Made by a program: the position numbers and the translations under genes. The notes beneath the pieces are model-generated. The model searched no databases, was not told the DNA's origin, and worked only from the letters and a program-made list of their open reading frames with translations. A DNA stretch of 64,000 nucleotides from an uncultured Oscillospiraceae bacterium (GTDB lineage Bacteria > Bacillota > Clostridia > Oscillospirales > Oscillospiraceae), in contig CAYLKH010000001.1 in the NCBI GenBank assembly GCA_964384255.1, forward strand, positions 10,668 to 74,667, in the 5' to 3' direction. Positions 16,312-24,725 of the stretch are shown here, one piece after another; within the stretch, counting starts at the first letter, position 1; the number at the start of each line of letters is the position of its first letter.

Positions 16312-17444
16312 TTGAAAAAGGCGTTTGCGGTCAGGGTGGCATACTGCTCGTCGGTCAGGGTAACGCCATAGAACAGCTCGTAGTATTCGGTGACTTCTTC
16401 CTGAAGGTCATAGTCGCAGTATTCGGGATAGAGGATGCTGGGCAGCCACAGCAGCGCCAGATAGCGCTGGCAGGCGGGAGGAGCTACGGTCCAGTTGTGG
16501 GGCGAAGCGGGGGATTCCACGTACTTGCCGTTAACGATGGCGCTGATCTGGCTCCACACAGGGTCTTCGGTGGCGGTTTCATATACGCTGCCGTCGCCAA
16601 AGACGACGAATTCCGGATCCCACAGAGCTATCTGCTCCATATTGACAGTGTTGCCCGTGCCTTTACCGCTGGCGTTTTCGATAACTGCCAGATTGTTGAA
16701 CACCAGATTTATGACCTCGGCCTGAGACTGGCTTTCGGCAATAACGTTCAGACCGTCGTCACCCAGAGCGTAGATACCGTTGACCTTGTTGTCGCCTACC
16801 TGGTCCATAATGTCAAGAGCGCGCTGATAAACATCTTCGCACCATGAGGCCATTTCTTCGGCCTTTTCTTCACGGCCCAGCAGCTGACCCAGCTTGCGCA
16901 AGGCTTCGCCGTAATTGTCAAGACCTGCTTCGATGAAGACGCAGGTGATGCCGGTCAGCTCTTCGGTGGTGGCCAGTTCCTCTTCATAACCGGTCTTGGT
17001 ATAACCCATGTCGATGACCAGCTGAGCGTTGGTGGAGGCAAGGGCTTCTACATCAAGGTCGGCAGCACCCAGAACGGAGCCGAAATAGGTCAGCTGAGAC
17101 AGACGGTCATAGTCGGGGATGTATTCGGCCATATCGTCATACAGCTTGCCGCCCAGACCTGCTATCAGGTCGGGAGCAACACCCAGCAGCATGACCTGAG
17201 CCAGCTGGCCGGAGGGAACGACAGCGGTCAGGGGTTCGGTTATCTGAATCTCATGCCCCAGATCGTCTACAAAGGTGTATGGCTGGAAGCCTTCTTCAAC
17301 AGGTTCGGCAGCTTCTTCCACCGGGGTGGACACAGCAGGTTCGGACGAAGCTTCTGCTTCGGTGGTTTCGGCGGTGTTGGCACAGGCGGCAAGACTGAAA
17401 AGCATTGCGAAAGTCAGCAGCAGCGCCAAAAGTCTGGTTTTCAT
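16308..17444 (-). CDS. ABC transporter substrate-binding lipoprotein (cluster A / FecB-BtuF-MolA type)
   Basis: MKTRLLALLLTFAMLFSLAACAN lipobox, an acidic linker, then a periplasmic-binding-protein type 2 body. GAGGAGG RBS. Confidence 0.82.
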   Translation of the reverse strand: MKTRLLALLLTFAMLFSLAACANTAETTEAEASSEPAVSTPVEEAAEPVEEGFQPYTFVDDLGHEIQITEPLTAVVPSGQLAQVMLLGVAPDLIAGLGGKLYDDMAEYIPDYDRLSQLTYFGSVLGAADLDVEALASTNAQLVIDMGYTKTGYEEELATTEELTGITCVFIEAGLDNYGEALRKLGQLLGREEKAEEMASWCEDVYQRALDIMDQVGDNKVNGIYALGDDGLNVIAESQSQAEVINLVFNNLAVIENASGKGTGNTVNMEQIALWDPEFVVFGDGSVYETATEDPVWSQISAIVNGKYVESPASPHNWTVAPPACQRYLALLWLPSILYPEYCDYDLQEEVTEYYELFYGVTLTDEQYATLTANAFFK

Positions 17445-17502
17445 GGTTGGTTCCTCCTCGTTTAAATAAAATATGTTAAGCTTGTTGCTTACGTATTAGC
17501 AG

Positions 17503-17772
17503 TGGGTCAGGGGATATGGAACAGAGAACAGATGGTGAGTGCCTTCGGCACGGATTAAATCATATAAGTCGTTGTGTAGAGCGTTTTGCCATTGCGAGGA
17601 GCGCAGTACCCGTTTTGTCATTGCGAGGAGGCCAAAGGCCGACGCGGCAATCTCACCCCTTGCGAATTCGAGAAGTATCGATAAAACGCAACAGGCTTGG
17701 GTCAACAGTGTAAAATTTAAATATGTGCCGCAGGCACTAATCATCTGTTATCTGACCCCTGACCCCTGAATC
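17503..17772. repeat. TTAGGG-arm inverted-repeat element, copy D, inserted between two genes of one operon
   Basis: Left arm GGGTCAGGGGATATGGAACAGAGAACAGATGGTGAGTGCCTTCGGCAC, right arm GTGCCGCAGGCACTAATCATCTGTTATCTGACCCCTGACCCCTGAATC. Core 17588..17654 is 61/67 identical to the reverse complement of 10183..10249. Confidence 0.72.
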
Positions 17773-18533
17773 GGTACGCATACACGTACTCTGTCGTCGC
17801 TGAGACTGTGTATCTCAACATCGATGCCATAGAGCCTTGACATAAGCTCCGGCTGCATGACCTGCTGGGGAGTTCCCCAGGCCAGGACCTGACCGTCATG
17901 CATGGCAAGGATCCTGTCGGAATACATAAATGCCTGCTCCGGGTCGTGGGTGGTCTGCACAACGGCATAGCCGTCGGCCACAAGCCCCTTGACGGTCTGC
18001 ATGACCCGGATGCGGTTTCCAAAGTCCAGACTGGCAGAAGGCTCGTCCATCACCAGTATTTTTGCCTGCTGAGCAATGGCCCGGGCCAGCAGACAAAGCT
18101 GCTTTTCGCCCCCGGAGCAGAAGCCGTAGGGATGCTCTGCCAGATGGGAGATGTTCATCTTTGCCAATGCGCTGTGGGCAATCTCGATCTGCGCTTTGCC
18201 CGGAGTTGCCAGAGGGCCAAGCTGAGACGCCGTTCCCATAAGCACCATGTCCAGAACGGAATAATTGAAGGTGGGGTTATGGTACTGGGGGATATAGGCG
18301 ATGGAGCGGGCCAGCTCCTGAGCTGACATTTCGGCGACGTTCCGGCCGTCTATCTCGATGGTCCCGGACCTGGGCTTAAGCAGATTCAGAATGCAGCGAA
18401 ACAGGGTGCTTTTGCCAACTCCGTTGGGACCCAGTATGGACAGGAATTCCCCCCGGTGGGCCTCAAAGCTGATGTCCTTTAAAATCTGGCGTTTGCCAAA
18501 ATAAAAATCCAGATGCTGGACCTTTAAACTCAC
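17748..18533 (-). CDS. ABC transporter ATP-binding protein (FepC/BtuD/MolC type)
   Basis: GPNGVGKSTL Walker A, CSGGEKQL signature, ILVMDEP Walker B. The last 7 codons plus stop (IQGSGVR*) lie in the right arm of repeat D. Confidence 0.9.
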   Translation of the reverse strand: MSLKVQHLDFYFGKRQILKDISFEAHRGEFLSILGPNGVGKSTLFRCILNLLKPRSGTIEIDGRNVAEMSAQELARSIAYIPQYHNPTFNYSVLDMVLMGTASQLGPLATPGKAQIEIAHSALAKMNISHLAEHPYGFCSGGEKQLCLLARAIAQQAKILVMDEPSASLDFGNRIRVMQTVKGLVADGYAVVQTTHDPEQAFMYSDRILAMHDGQVLAWGTPQQVMQPELMSRLYGIDVEIHSLSDDRVRVCVPIQGSGVR

Positions 18534-19555
18534 AGCTTGTCACCCTCCTTCATAATGAGATAGATGAAAAACGGAGCACCCACAAAGGACGTGAGTATGC
18601 CGATAGGCAGGTCGGTGGCCCAGACGTTGCGGCAGATATTGTCCACCAGCAGCATGAATATTGAGCCGAAAAGCATGGTGGAGGGGATAAGCTTTTTATA
18701 GTCGTTGCCTACCACCCGGCGTGCCATGTGGGGGATGACCAGACCTACCCAGCCGATAATACCGCTGACAGCCACACTGGCGGCGGTTATAAGGGCTGAG
18801 CATATTATTATGATGACGCGCAGACGCCTGGCGTTGATGCCAAGGGTGCGGGCCTCGTCGTCGCCAAGAGACAGGATGTTTATCCTCCAGCGCAGGGCAA
18901 AGATGGGGATAAGGCCTATAGCCATGGGTATGGCCGCAAAGCCGATATCCCGCATATTGGCCCCGTTAAAGCTGCCCATGAGCCAGTAGGTTATGGCAGG
19001 CAGCTGGTCCTCAGTGTCGGCAATGAGCTTTAAAAAAGAGGTGCAGGAGGACACCAGACTGCTTATCATAACTCCGGCCAGTATCAGCCCAACTACCCGG
19101 TTGCCTCTGGCGCGGTTGCCTACGAAAATGACCAGAGCGACCGTACCCAGACTGAATACAAAGGCCATGATGCTGACGACATAATTGATGTAGCCCAGTA
19201 TAATAGCCAGAGCCGCGCCCAGAGCTGCGCCGGAGCTGGCTCCCAGAATATCGGGAGCGGCCATGGGGTTTTGGAACACGCCCTGATAGCAGGCGCCGGC
19301 GGTGGACAGACAGCAGCCTACCAGACAGGCCAGCAGTATCCGGGGTACCCGGTGCTTTAAAAACAGGGCCTCCTGAGTCTGGGACCAGAAAGGTTCAATG
19401 TCGGTAAAGGGCAGCTTTGACAGGGCAATCCCCCACAGCTCTTTCAGGCTGATGGGATATCTGCCCAAAGTGGTGGACAGGATGCACGCCGCCACCAGCC
19501 CGCCGAACAGGATAAGCATCACCGCCCAGAAGGGGAGTTTGTTTGTCTTTTTCAT
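18530..19555 (-). CDS. ABC transporter permease, FecCD/BtuC family (type II importer)
   Basis: Start taken at MKKTNKLPFWAVMLILFGG. About 10 TM helices, with the FecCD-typical GASSGAALGAALAII and LSLGDDEARTLGIN blocks. Confidence 0.9.
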   Translation of the reverse strand: MKKTNKLPFWAVMLILFGGLVAACILSTTLGRYPISLKELWGIALSKLPFTDIEPFWSQTQEALFLKHRVPRILLACLVGCCLSTAGACYQGVFQNPMAAPDILGASSGAALGAALAIILGYINYVVSIMAFVFSLGTVALVIFVGNRARGNRVVGLILAGVMISSLVSSCTSFLKLIADTEDQLPAITYWLMGSFNGANMRDIGFAAIPMAIGLIPIFALRWRINILSLGDDEARTLGINARRLRVIIIICSALITAASVAVSGIIGWVGLVIPHMARRVVGNDYKKLIPSTMLFGSIFMLLVDNICRNVWATDLPIGILTSFVGAPFFIYLIMKEGDKL

Positions 19556-19559
19556 TGGT

Positions 19560-20102
19560 TTACCTTTTATAATAGTCTCCACCGGCGCAGCCCTTGCACA
19601 GGGTCTTACTGTCAACGACAACGTGACGGTTATCGGAAACCTCTTCGCCACAGACTTCGCAGGTGACGATGGCGACCGGAGGCCCGGGCATATCCCCGGG
19701 AGCAAGGTCGACGGTGACTTCGGTGGCTTCCAGCCAGCCTTCTTCGGGGAGATTTTCGTAAAAATCGGTCAGATCTTCGCCGTTTTCGGGATGGATATGG
19801 TTTGCCCGGACCACCCGGACGGCTTTGCCGGTATCGAGATTTACGAAGGTGGCAGCGGTTTTGCCAAAGTCGTGGAAATAGAAGGTGCGTTTCCCCGGCG
19901 AGGTGCCGGTTGTTATCATAATGGAGTCTGCGGGGCAGCGGTTACACTCCACAAAAACCATCAGCTTCTTCCGGTCGCGCTCGTTGTCCAGCCCAAGCAG
20001 ACGCAGACCCATGTGGGCCATGCGCACTCCCAGACACTGGCCGGAGCAGAGGTGACCGTGAAAGGCCACGGCCCGGTCAAGATCTTCTCTAAATGTCCTC
20101 AT
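19560..20102 (-). CDS. FmdE-family protein with C-terminal zinc ribbon
   Basis: FHGHLCSGQCLGVRM (FmdE core motif) and CEVCGEEV...CKGC. ATG 20102 is 6 nt after GGAGGG; the ORF track start at 20108 is an alternative. Confidence 0.72.
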   Translation of the reverse strand: MRTFREDLDRAVAFHGHLCSGQCLGVRMAHMGLRLLGLDNERDRKKLMVFVECNRCPADSIMITTGTSPGKRTFYFHDFGKTAATFVNLDTGKAVRVVRANHIHPENGEDLTDFYENLPEEGWLEATEVTVDLAPGDMPGPPVAIVTCEVCGEEVSDNRHVVVDSKTLCKGCAGGDYYKR

Positions 20103-20805
20103 TTTCATCCCTCCGAATTACAAATATTCCAAATTCCTTCAGGTTTGGCAGATAGTACGGCCATTTTTCGTGGCCGGTATTTTCCATCCTGTCTGCCAGA
20201 TATTTTTCCAACACCTCGTCGCTCATGGGACGGGAATATGCCCGGGCAAAGGCTCTCGCTTCGTCCATATCTGCCAGCGGCTGACCGTATTCCAGGGAAA
20301 CACTTTCAAGGGTATATCTGACCCCAAGCCCATCCAGATATTCGCTGACGCTGGCAATATCAGAGCATTTTACCACCTGGTGACCTTCAGGGCCAAATTT
20401 GCCTTTTCGGGTCTTGTGGACCAGGATGATAAACTGCTGCTTCGCCAGACGAAAGTACTTTTCATAAAACTGGCTGCCGCCGAAGAAAAGGGCGGTCACA
20501 GTGTCCCATGAGCTTTCGAGAGTGGAGCAGTCGGCACATACGGTGTCCATGTTGCTGATGCCCCGGAGCAATGCACCGCTTTGAACAGCGGCAATAGCCT
20601 CGGGAGAAACGTCCACACAGGTGATACGGCTGCAATGGTCGGCCATTTCAAAATCCAACAGGCCTGCGCCGCAGCCTATGTCGCACAGGCTGCTGCCGAA
20701 GGGGATATATTTTTTCAGCATTTCGGCCAGTTTCCTGTTGTAGCCCGTATATTCCGATGCGTTTTCAAACCATTTGATGGACTGATCGTTCCATTTAATA
20801 TACAC
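20089..20805 (-). CDS. Class I SAM-dependent methyltransferase
   Basis: LCDIGCGAGLLDFEMA (motif I) and VDVSPEAI (motif II). GTG start with AGGAG upstream. Confidence 0.75.
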   Translation of the reverse strand: MYIKWNDQSIKWFENASEYTGYNRKLAEMLKKYIPFGSSLCDIGCGAGLLDFEMADHCSRITCVDVSPEAIAAVQSGALLRGISNMDTVCADCSTLESSWDTVTALFFGGSQFYEKYFRLAKQQFIILVHKTRKGKFGPEGHQVVKCSDIASVSEYLDGLGVRYTLESVSLEYGQPLADMDEARAFARAYSRPMSDEVLEKYLADRMENTGHEKWPYYLPNLKEFGIFVIRRDENEDI

Positions 20806-20809
20806 AGTT

Positions 20810-21919
20810 TCAAGCTCCTGTCAGGTCAACAGATAAGTATTTTAAAATAAATTCCATTATGGCGTCGATATCCTCCAGACCGAAGTGGGGGATATCCCCA
20901 TCTACCTCCATATCAGTCACCACGGCGACGAACCGGCTTATTTCGGCGGTAAAGCCCTTTCCCGTAGCGGAGCGGGCGATGCCTATCTGGGGCAGGTCGC
21001 CGTTTTTGTAGCCCTCGACCAGAATCAAATCAACGTCGTGGCACATGGCCATCTGCCGGTCAAGGGTCAGGGGACGGGATTCAATATAGGCGATTTTTTC
21101 CTTTGAGCCTATCATGGAGATGTCGGCTCCGGCGTGGGTAAAGCGCCATGAGTCCTTGCCCTGGTAGTCGATCTCAAATTTGTGGCCGTCGTGCTTGATG
21201 ACCGCCAGACGCAGACCCTTTTGCTTCATGGCGACGATCAGCTTTTCTATAAGGGTCGTTTTCCCGGTGCCGGAATAGGCGGCAAAGGCGATAGCGGGTA
21301 TGGCGGTTTTGTCCTCAGCTTTTTGCACAGGCAGGGGATGGTATTCGGCATCCCATTTCCGGCCGGAGTGTCCTTGCCTGAGCTTGCCCCGTTCGGGGTC
21401 GTTATAGTAGATGCGGTTGTTTTCAATAAGCTGTTCCAGGGTGACCGGGCGATAATCGTTGATATCCACCCCCGCGTTCAGCACCCGGGGCAGCTGCTGC
21501 AATATGCGGAAGGTTTCTTTCCTGGTGTTGTGGAGATGGCCGTGGATCATGCAGCCCCCCTGAATGTACACCAGTGGATAGTGACACAGAGTAATGTGGC
21601 GGTCGCCGTCGTCGATTTCCAGAAAGTCGGTCACCGTCTCAAAATAGTCCAACAGCTCCTGCTGGTTGGGGATGCAGGTATCGTGATTGCCCCGGATAAG
21701 GTGCTTGTGGCCCCGCAGGCGGCTGAGCTGCTGAGCCGGAAAAGGGGTGCGGTAGCTCCCTATGTCGCCGATGAGGTAAACAGTGTCGTCATCAGAAACG
21801 ACCTCGTTCCAGTTATTAATTAAAGCCTCGTCCATCTCCTCCACCGAGGCGAAGGGACGGGTGGTGGACTCGATAATGTGTTCATAACCAAAATGCTGGT
21901 CAGCAGTATAATAAATCAT
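20810..21919 (-). CDS. Fusion protein: calcineurin-like metallophosphoesterase (N) + MobB-like molybdopterin-guanine dinucleotide biosynthesis GTPase (C)
   Basis: N-terminal YYTADQHFGY...YLIGDIG...RGNHD...GHLH phosphoesterase motifs. C-terminal AYSGTGKTTLIEKLIVAMKQKGLRLAVIKHDGHKFEIDYQGKDSWRFTHAGA is a canonical MobB signature. Confidence 0.8.
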   Translation of the reverse strand: MIYYTADQHFGYEHIIESTTRPFASVEEMDEALINNWNEVVSDDDTVYLIGDIGSYRTPFPAQQLSRLRGHKHLIRGNHDTCIPNQQELLDYFETVTDFLEIDDGDRHITLCHYPLVYIQGGCMIHGHLHNTRKETFRILQQLPRVLNAGVDINDYRPVTLEQLIENNRIYYNDPERGKLRQGHSGRKWDAEYHPLPVQKAEDKTAIPAIAFAAYSGTGKTTLIEKLIVAMKQKGLRLAVIKHDGHKFEIDYQGKDSWRFTHAGADISMIGSKEKIAYIESRPLTLDRQMAMCHDVDLILVEGYKNGDLPQIGIARSATGKGFTAEISRFVAVVTDMEVDGDIPHFGLEDIDAIMEFILKYLSVDLTGA

Positions 21920-21929
21920 ATTCCTCCAA

Positions 21930-21969
21930 ATAAAAACAAAAAAGGCTGCCTTGAAAACAAGACAGCCTT
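21930..21969 (-). terminator. Leader terminator (attenuator) between the riboswitch-like element and the first gene
   Basis: Minus-strand AAGGCUGUCUUG uuuu CAAGGCAGCCUU (12-bp stem) followed by UUUUUUGUUUUU, then GGAGG and ATG 21919. A weaker hairpin plus U-run lies just upstream (about 21975..22015). Confidence 0.65.
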
Positions 21970-22044
21970 AAGCATACCAAAACCAGCCTCGCCAAAACAA
22001 GGCGAAGCAAAAAACGGTCCTGTCTCCTTCTCAAATACGGAAAG

Positions 22045-22173
22045 CCATGTCGTTTCCAACATAACTCAGTGAGGGCGAAATGCATCCCCTCAGGCCGCTG
22101 GTCATAGCTCAGGTAACCCCTGATTTAATCATCGGTCACTTAGGCCTTAGACTCCACGGCTCGGAAACATATG
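22045..22173 (-). promoter_or_regulatory. Riboswitch-like structured leader; class unresolved, best guess Moco/Tuco RNA motif
   Basis: Minus-strand RNA: GUUUCC-GAGCC-GUGG...(long imperfect helix)...CCAGCGGC-CUGAGGGGAUGCAUUUCGCCCUCACUGAG...GGAAAC. The outer GUUUCC/GGAAAC helix, CCGAGCC junction, GGCCUGA and CACU elements match my recollection of RF01055. No B12 box. Confidence 0.45.
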
Positions 22174-22185
22174 TAATTATCAAAA

Positions 22186-22214
22186 ATTGTAACACCAGAT
22201 TTGGAGAATGTCAA
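22186..22214 (-). promoter_or_regulatory. Near-consensus sigma-A promoter for the riboswitch-led operon
   Basis: On the minus strand: TTGACA (22214-22209), 17 nt, TACAAT (22191-22186), preceded by TGt (extended -10). Confidence 0.6.
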
Positions 22215-22303
22215 CATTTTTCCCCGGCGACCCACGAGGGTGACGGAGACTGGACCCCAATAAGGGCTGATATTCGGGCCGGAACGCTGATACCTCCGCG
22301 GTC

Positions 22304-22930
22304 TTATGCCTTCACATCTTCCCGCAGAGCGTTGGCTCTGGCGTTTTTGCTCAGCTTTTCCACCTCAAGGCCATAGTCATCCATAAGCTGATGGCAGATA
22401 TGGGGCAGCACAGAGCTGTCGCCAAACAGAAGCTCCAGCTCGACCTCGATAATAGGAAGGCGCCTGCTCCCGGCATAGAGTACGCCCACGTCACCGGCCA
22501 GCTCGATGCGGACCCCGTCGTCAAGGTAGAGGAAGTTGGTCCGGCGTTCAAATTCGGCGCCGCAAACCTCGATCAGTTTGCGGGTTTTGAGCAGATGGTC
22601 AAGCTCCCGGGGTGCGCCGATGGCCAAAAGGGCGGGGATGGCCTTTTCGATGGAGTCGGCTAAGCATTGCCACTCGTTGCGGGTAAAGACCTCGCCGTCG
22701 AAGCTGTTGGCGGTTTTGAGGGCGGCGACGGACTGGTCACCTTCTTTGCGCAGACGAAGGGTCCAGCGCCGGGAGGACAGCAGGCCGTCTTCGGTGTCAA
22801 AGTAGACTGAATGGAATTTTTTAACAGCAAATTCGTCCCGCATATACTGGGTGAGGTTGGGGTCAGCCAGTACGCGGTCAAGGGTTTGCCTGTCGGGTAC
22901 ACGAAGCTTCATTTCGATTTCGGTTGCCAT
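22304..22930 (-). CDS. CYTH-domain protein (triphosphate tunnel metalloenzyme / class IV adenylate cyclase fold)
   Basis: N-terminal MATEIEMKLRV contains the ExExK signature; 208 aa. Confidence 0.78.
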   Translation of the reverse strand: MATEIEMKLRVPDRQTLDRVLADPNLTQYMRDEFAVKKFHSVYFDTEDGLLSSRRWTLRLRKEGDQSVAALKTANSFDGEVFTRNEWQCLADSIEKAIPALLAIGAPRELDHLLKTRKLIEVCGAEFERRTNFLYLDDGVRIELAGDVGVLYAGSRRLPIIEVELELLFGDSSVLPHICHQLMDDYGLEVEKLSKNARANALREDVKA

Positions 22931-22995
22931 GGCGAAACCTCCTGATAAGTTATCTCACGGGTATATTTTATATCATTGCCGGGAAAATATCAATA

Positions 22996-23255
22996 GGATC
23001 CAGGGGTTAGGATTTAGGGGATAGGGATCAGGATTTAGAAACTGGAGATTAAGGAGCGTAACTGCAAGCATTTGCATTTAACACAACATTGTGGTTACGC
23101 AAGGGGAGAGATTACCACGTCGCACAGCTTCCTCGCAATGGCAGTCTCGGAAGTATCTGTTCTCTGCTCTGTGGTCAAACTGGGCAGTATCGGCAATACG
23201 CATAACCTCTCCCACACAGTCCCTAACCCCTGGATCCTAATCTCTAACCCCTGAA
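22996..23255. repeat. TTAGGG-arm inverted-repeat element, copy E
   Basis: GGATCCAGGGGTTAGG (22996-23011) is the exact reverse complement of CCTAACCCCTGGATCC (23222-23237). Core has CGCAAGGGGAGAGATTACCACGTCG (23098-23122) and CCTCGCAATGG (23130-23140), i.e. the shared core in inverted orientation. Confidence 0.72.
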
Positions 23256-23263
23256 ATTACTGT

Positions 23264-23292
23264 TTGCTATTTACATAAAACCGTGCTATAAT
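23264..23292 (+). promoter_or_regulatory. Candidate promoter for murA
   Basis: TTGCTA, 17 nt, TATAAT with TGc extended -10. Confidence 0.5.
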
Positions 23293-23355
23293 CTATGGGC
23301 TGGAGCTGTGCCTTCTCAGCGTCCGGCAATCTGTTAGTGATTCAGGGTATTAATT

Positions 23356-24642
23356 ATGGCTAAATATATTATAAACGGCGGCCGTCCCCTTTCCGGCGAG
23401 GTCACCATCAGCGGCGCCAAAAACGCTGCCGTTGCGATCATCCCCGCCGCCCTTCTGGTTGACGGCGTCTGCCGGATAGAAAATGTTCCCGCCATTTCTG
23501 ACGTCAGCCTTTATTTAAAAATATTCCAGCAGATGGGAGCCACCATCCGCAGGATCGACCGTTCGACCATCGAGATGGACTGCCGCGGCGTCCGCAGCCA
23601 TCGCCCTCCCTTTGATATCGTGTCCCGGTTCAGGGCTTCGTCCTACCTTATCGGCGCTATGCTTGGCCGTTTTGGCGAGGCTGAGGTGGCTCTCCCCGGG
23701 GGATGCGACTTTGGTCAGCGCCCTATTGACCAGCACATCAAGGGCTTTACCGCCATGGGCGCAGACGTTGAATTTTCCGGCGCTGCCGTTCACGCTAAGG
23801 CCAACGGCAAGCTCAGGGGCAATTATTGCAGACTTGATCTGGTTTCCGTTGGCGCCACAATGAACCTTATGATAGCGGCTGTACTGGCCGAGGGGACCAC
23901 CATCATCGAACCCGCTGCCAAGGAGCCTCATATTGTCGACCTGGCCAACTTCCTCAACGCCATGGGAGCCGATGTCTGGGGCGCTGGTACCGACACTATC
24001 AAGGTCAGGGGCGTTAAAAGGCTCCACGGCGGTACCTATTCCATCATTCCGGACCAGATCGAGGCCGGGACCTATCTGACTGCGGTGACCGCAGCCGGTG
24101 GCGAGGCCCTTGTTAAAAACGTTATTCCCAAGCATCTCGAATGCATCACCGGAAAGCTTATCGAAATGGGTGCCGAGGTGACCGAATATGACGATTCTGT
24201 CCTTATTCGCCGCACCGGCAGGCTGAAAAGAGCCAACATCAAAACAATGCCATATCCCGGATATCCCACGGATATGCAGCCTCAGGCAGGGGTGTGCCTT
24301 GCATTGGCCGAAGGCACGTCTATCATTACCGAAGGCGTTTTTGACAACCGGTACAAATATGTTGGCGAGCTTGTCAAAATGGGCGCTCAGATCCAGGTCG
24401 ACGGAAAGGTCGCCATAATCGAGGGCGTGGATTCCCTCAAAGGTTGCCCCATCAAAGCCTGCGATCTCCGGGCCGGGGCGGCAATGGTCATCGCTGCTCT
24501 GGCTGCCCATGGGCAGAGCGTGGTGGACGATGTGTTCCATATCGAGCGGGGATACGAAACCTTTGTTGAAAAGCTCAGCGGCCTTGGTGCCGACATCAGG
24601 CGGGTGGAAGATCTGCCTCCCGCAAGGGCGAAGGTATCCTGA
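23356..24642 (+). CDS. murA: UDP-N-acetylglucosamine 1-carboxyvinyltransferase
   Basis: MAKYIINGGRPLSGEVTISGAKNAAVAIIPAALL, an active-site loop LPGGCDFGQRPIDQH with Cys, and the two-domain EPSP-like length (428 aa). Confidence 0.93.
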   Translation: MAKYIINGGRPLSGEVTISGAKNAAVAIIPAALLVDGVCRIENVPAISDVSLYLKIFQQMGATIRRIDRSTIEMDCRGVRSHRPPFDIVSRFRASSYLIGAMLGRFGEAEVALPGGCDFGQRPIDQHIKGFTAMGADVEFSGAAVHAKANGKLRGNYCRLDLVSVGATMNLMIAAVLAEGTTIIEPAAKEPHIVDLANFLNAMGADVWGAGTDTIKVRGVKRLHGGTYSIIPDQIEAGTYLTAVTAAGGEALVKNVIPKHLECITGKLIEMGAEVTEYDDSVLIRRTGRLKRANIKTMPYPGYPTDMQPQAGVCLALAEGTSIITEGVFDNRYKYVGELVKMGAQIQVDGKVAIIEGVDSLKGCPIKACDLRAGAAMVIAALAAHGQSVVDDVFHIERGYETFVEKLSGLGADIRRVEDLPPARAKVS

Positions 24643-24667
24643 CTCCCCGGTTTTAAATCAATAAATC

Positions 24668-24703
24668 AGCCCCCACAGAGCTTAAGAACGCTCTGTGGGG
24701 GCT
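24668..24703. terminator. Bidirectional terminator between murA and the cupin operon
   Basis: AGCCCCCACAGAGC ttaagaac GCTCTGTGGGGGCT, a 14-bp stem with T-rich sequence after it. Confidence 0.7.
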
Positions 24704-24725
24704 TTAGCCATTTTTGGCAAATAAT

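Noticed and set aside
22080-22125. TPP riboswitch, because ACCUGAGCUAUGACCAGCGG resembles ACCUGAUCUGGAUAAUGCCAGCG.
   Set aside because: The CUGAGA element and GGGGUGC pairing partner are missing, the CUGG/CCAG helix is not formed, and no thiamine genes follow.
22045-22173. Cobalamin riboswitch, expected because the operon encodes a BtuCD/FecCD-type importer.
   Set aside because: I cannot find the B12 box (AGYCMGGAGACCKGCC-like) or the GGGAA...GGUG.AA.UCC core. GCCCUCACUG is only a weak resemblance to GCCACUG.
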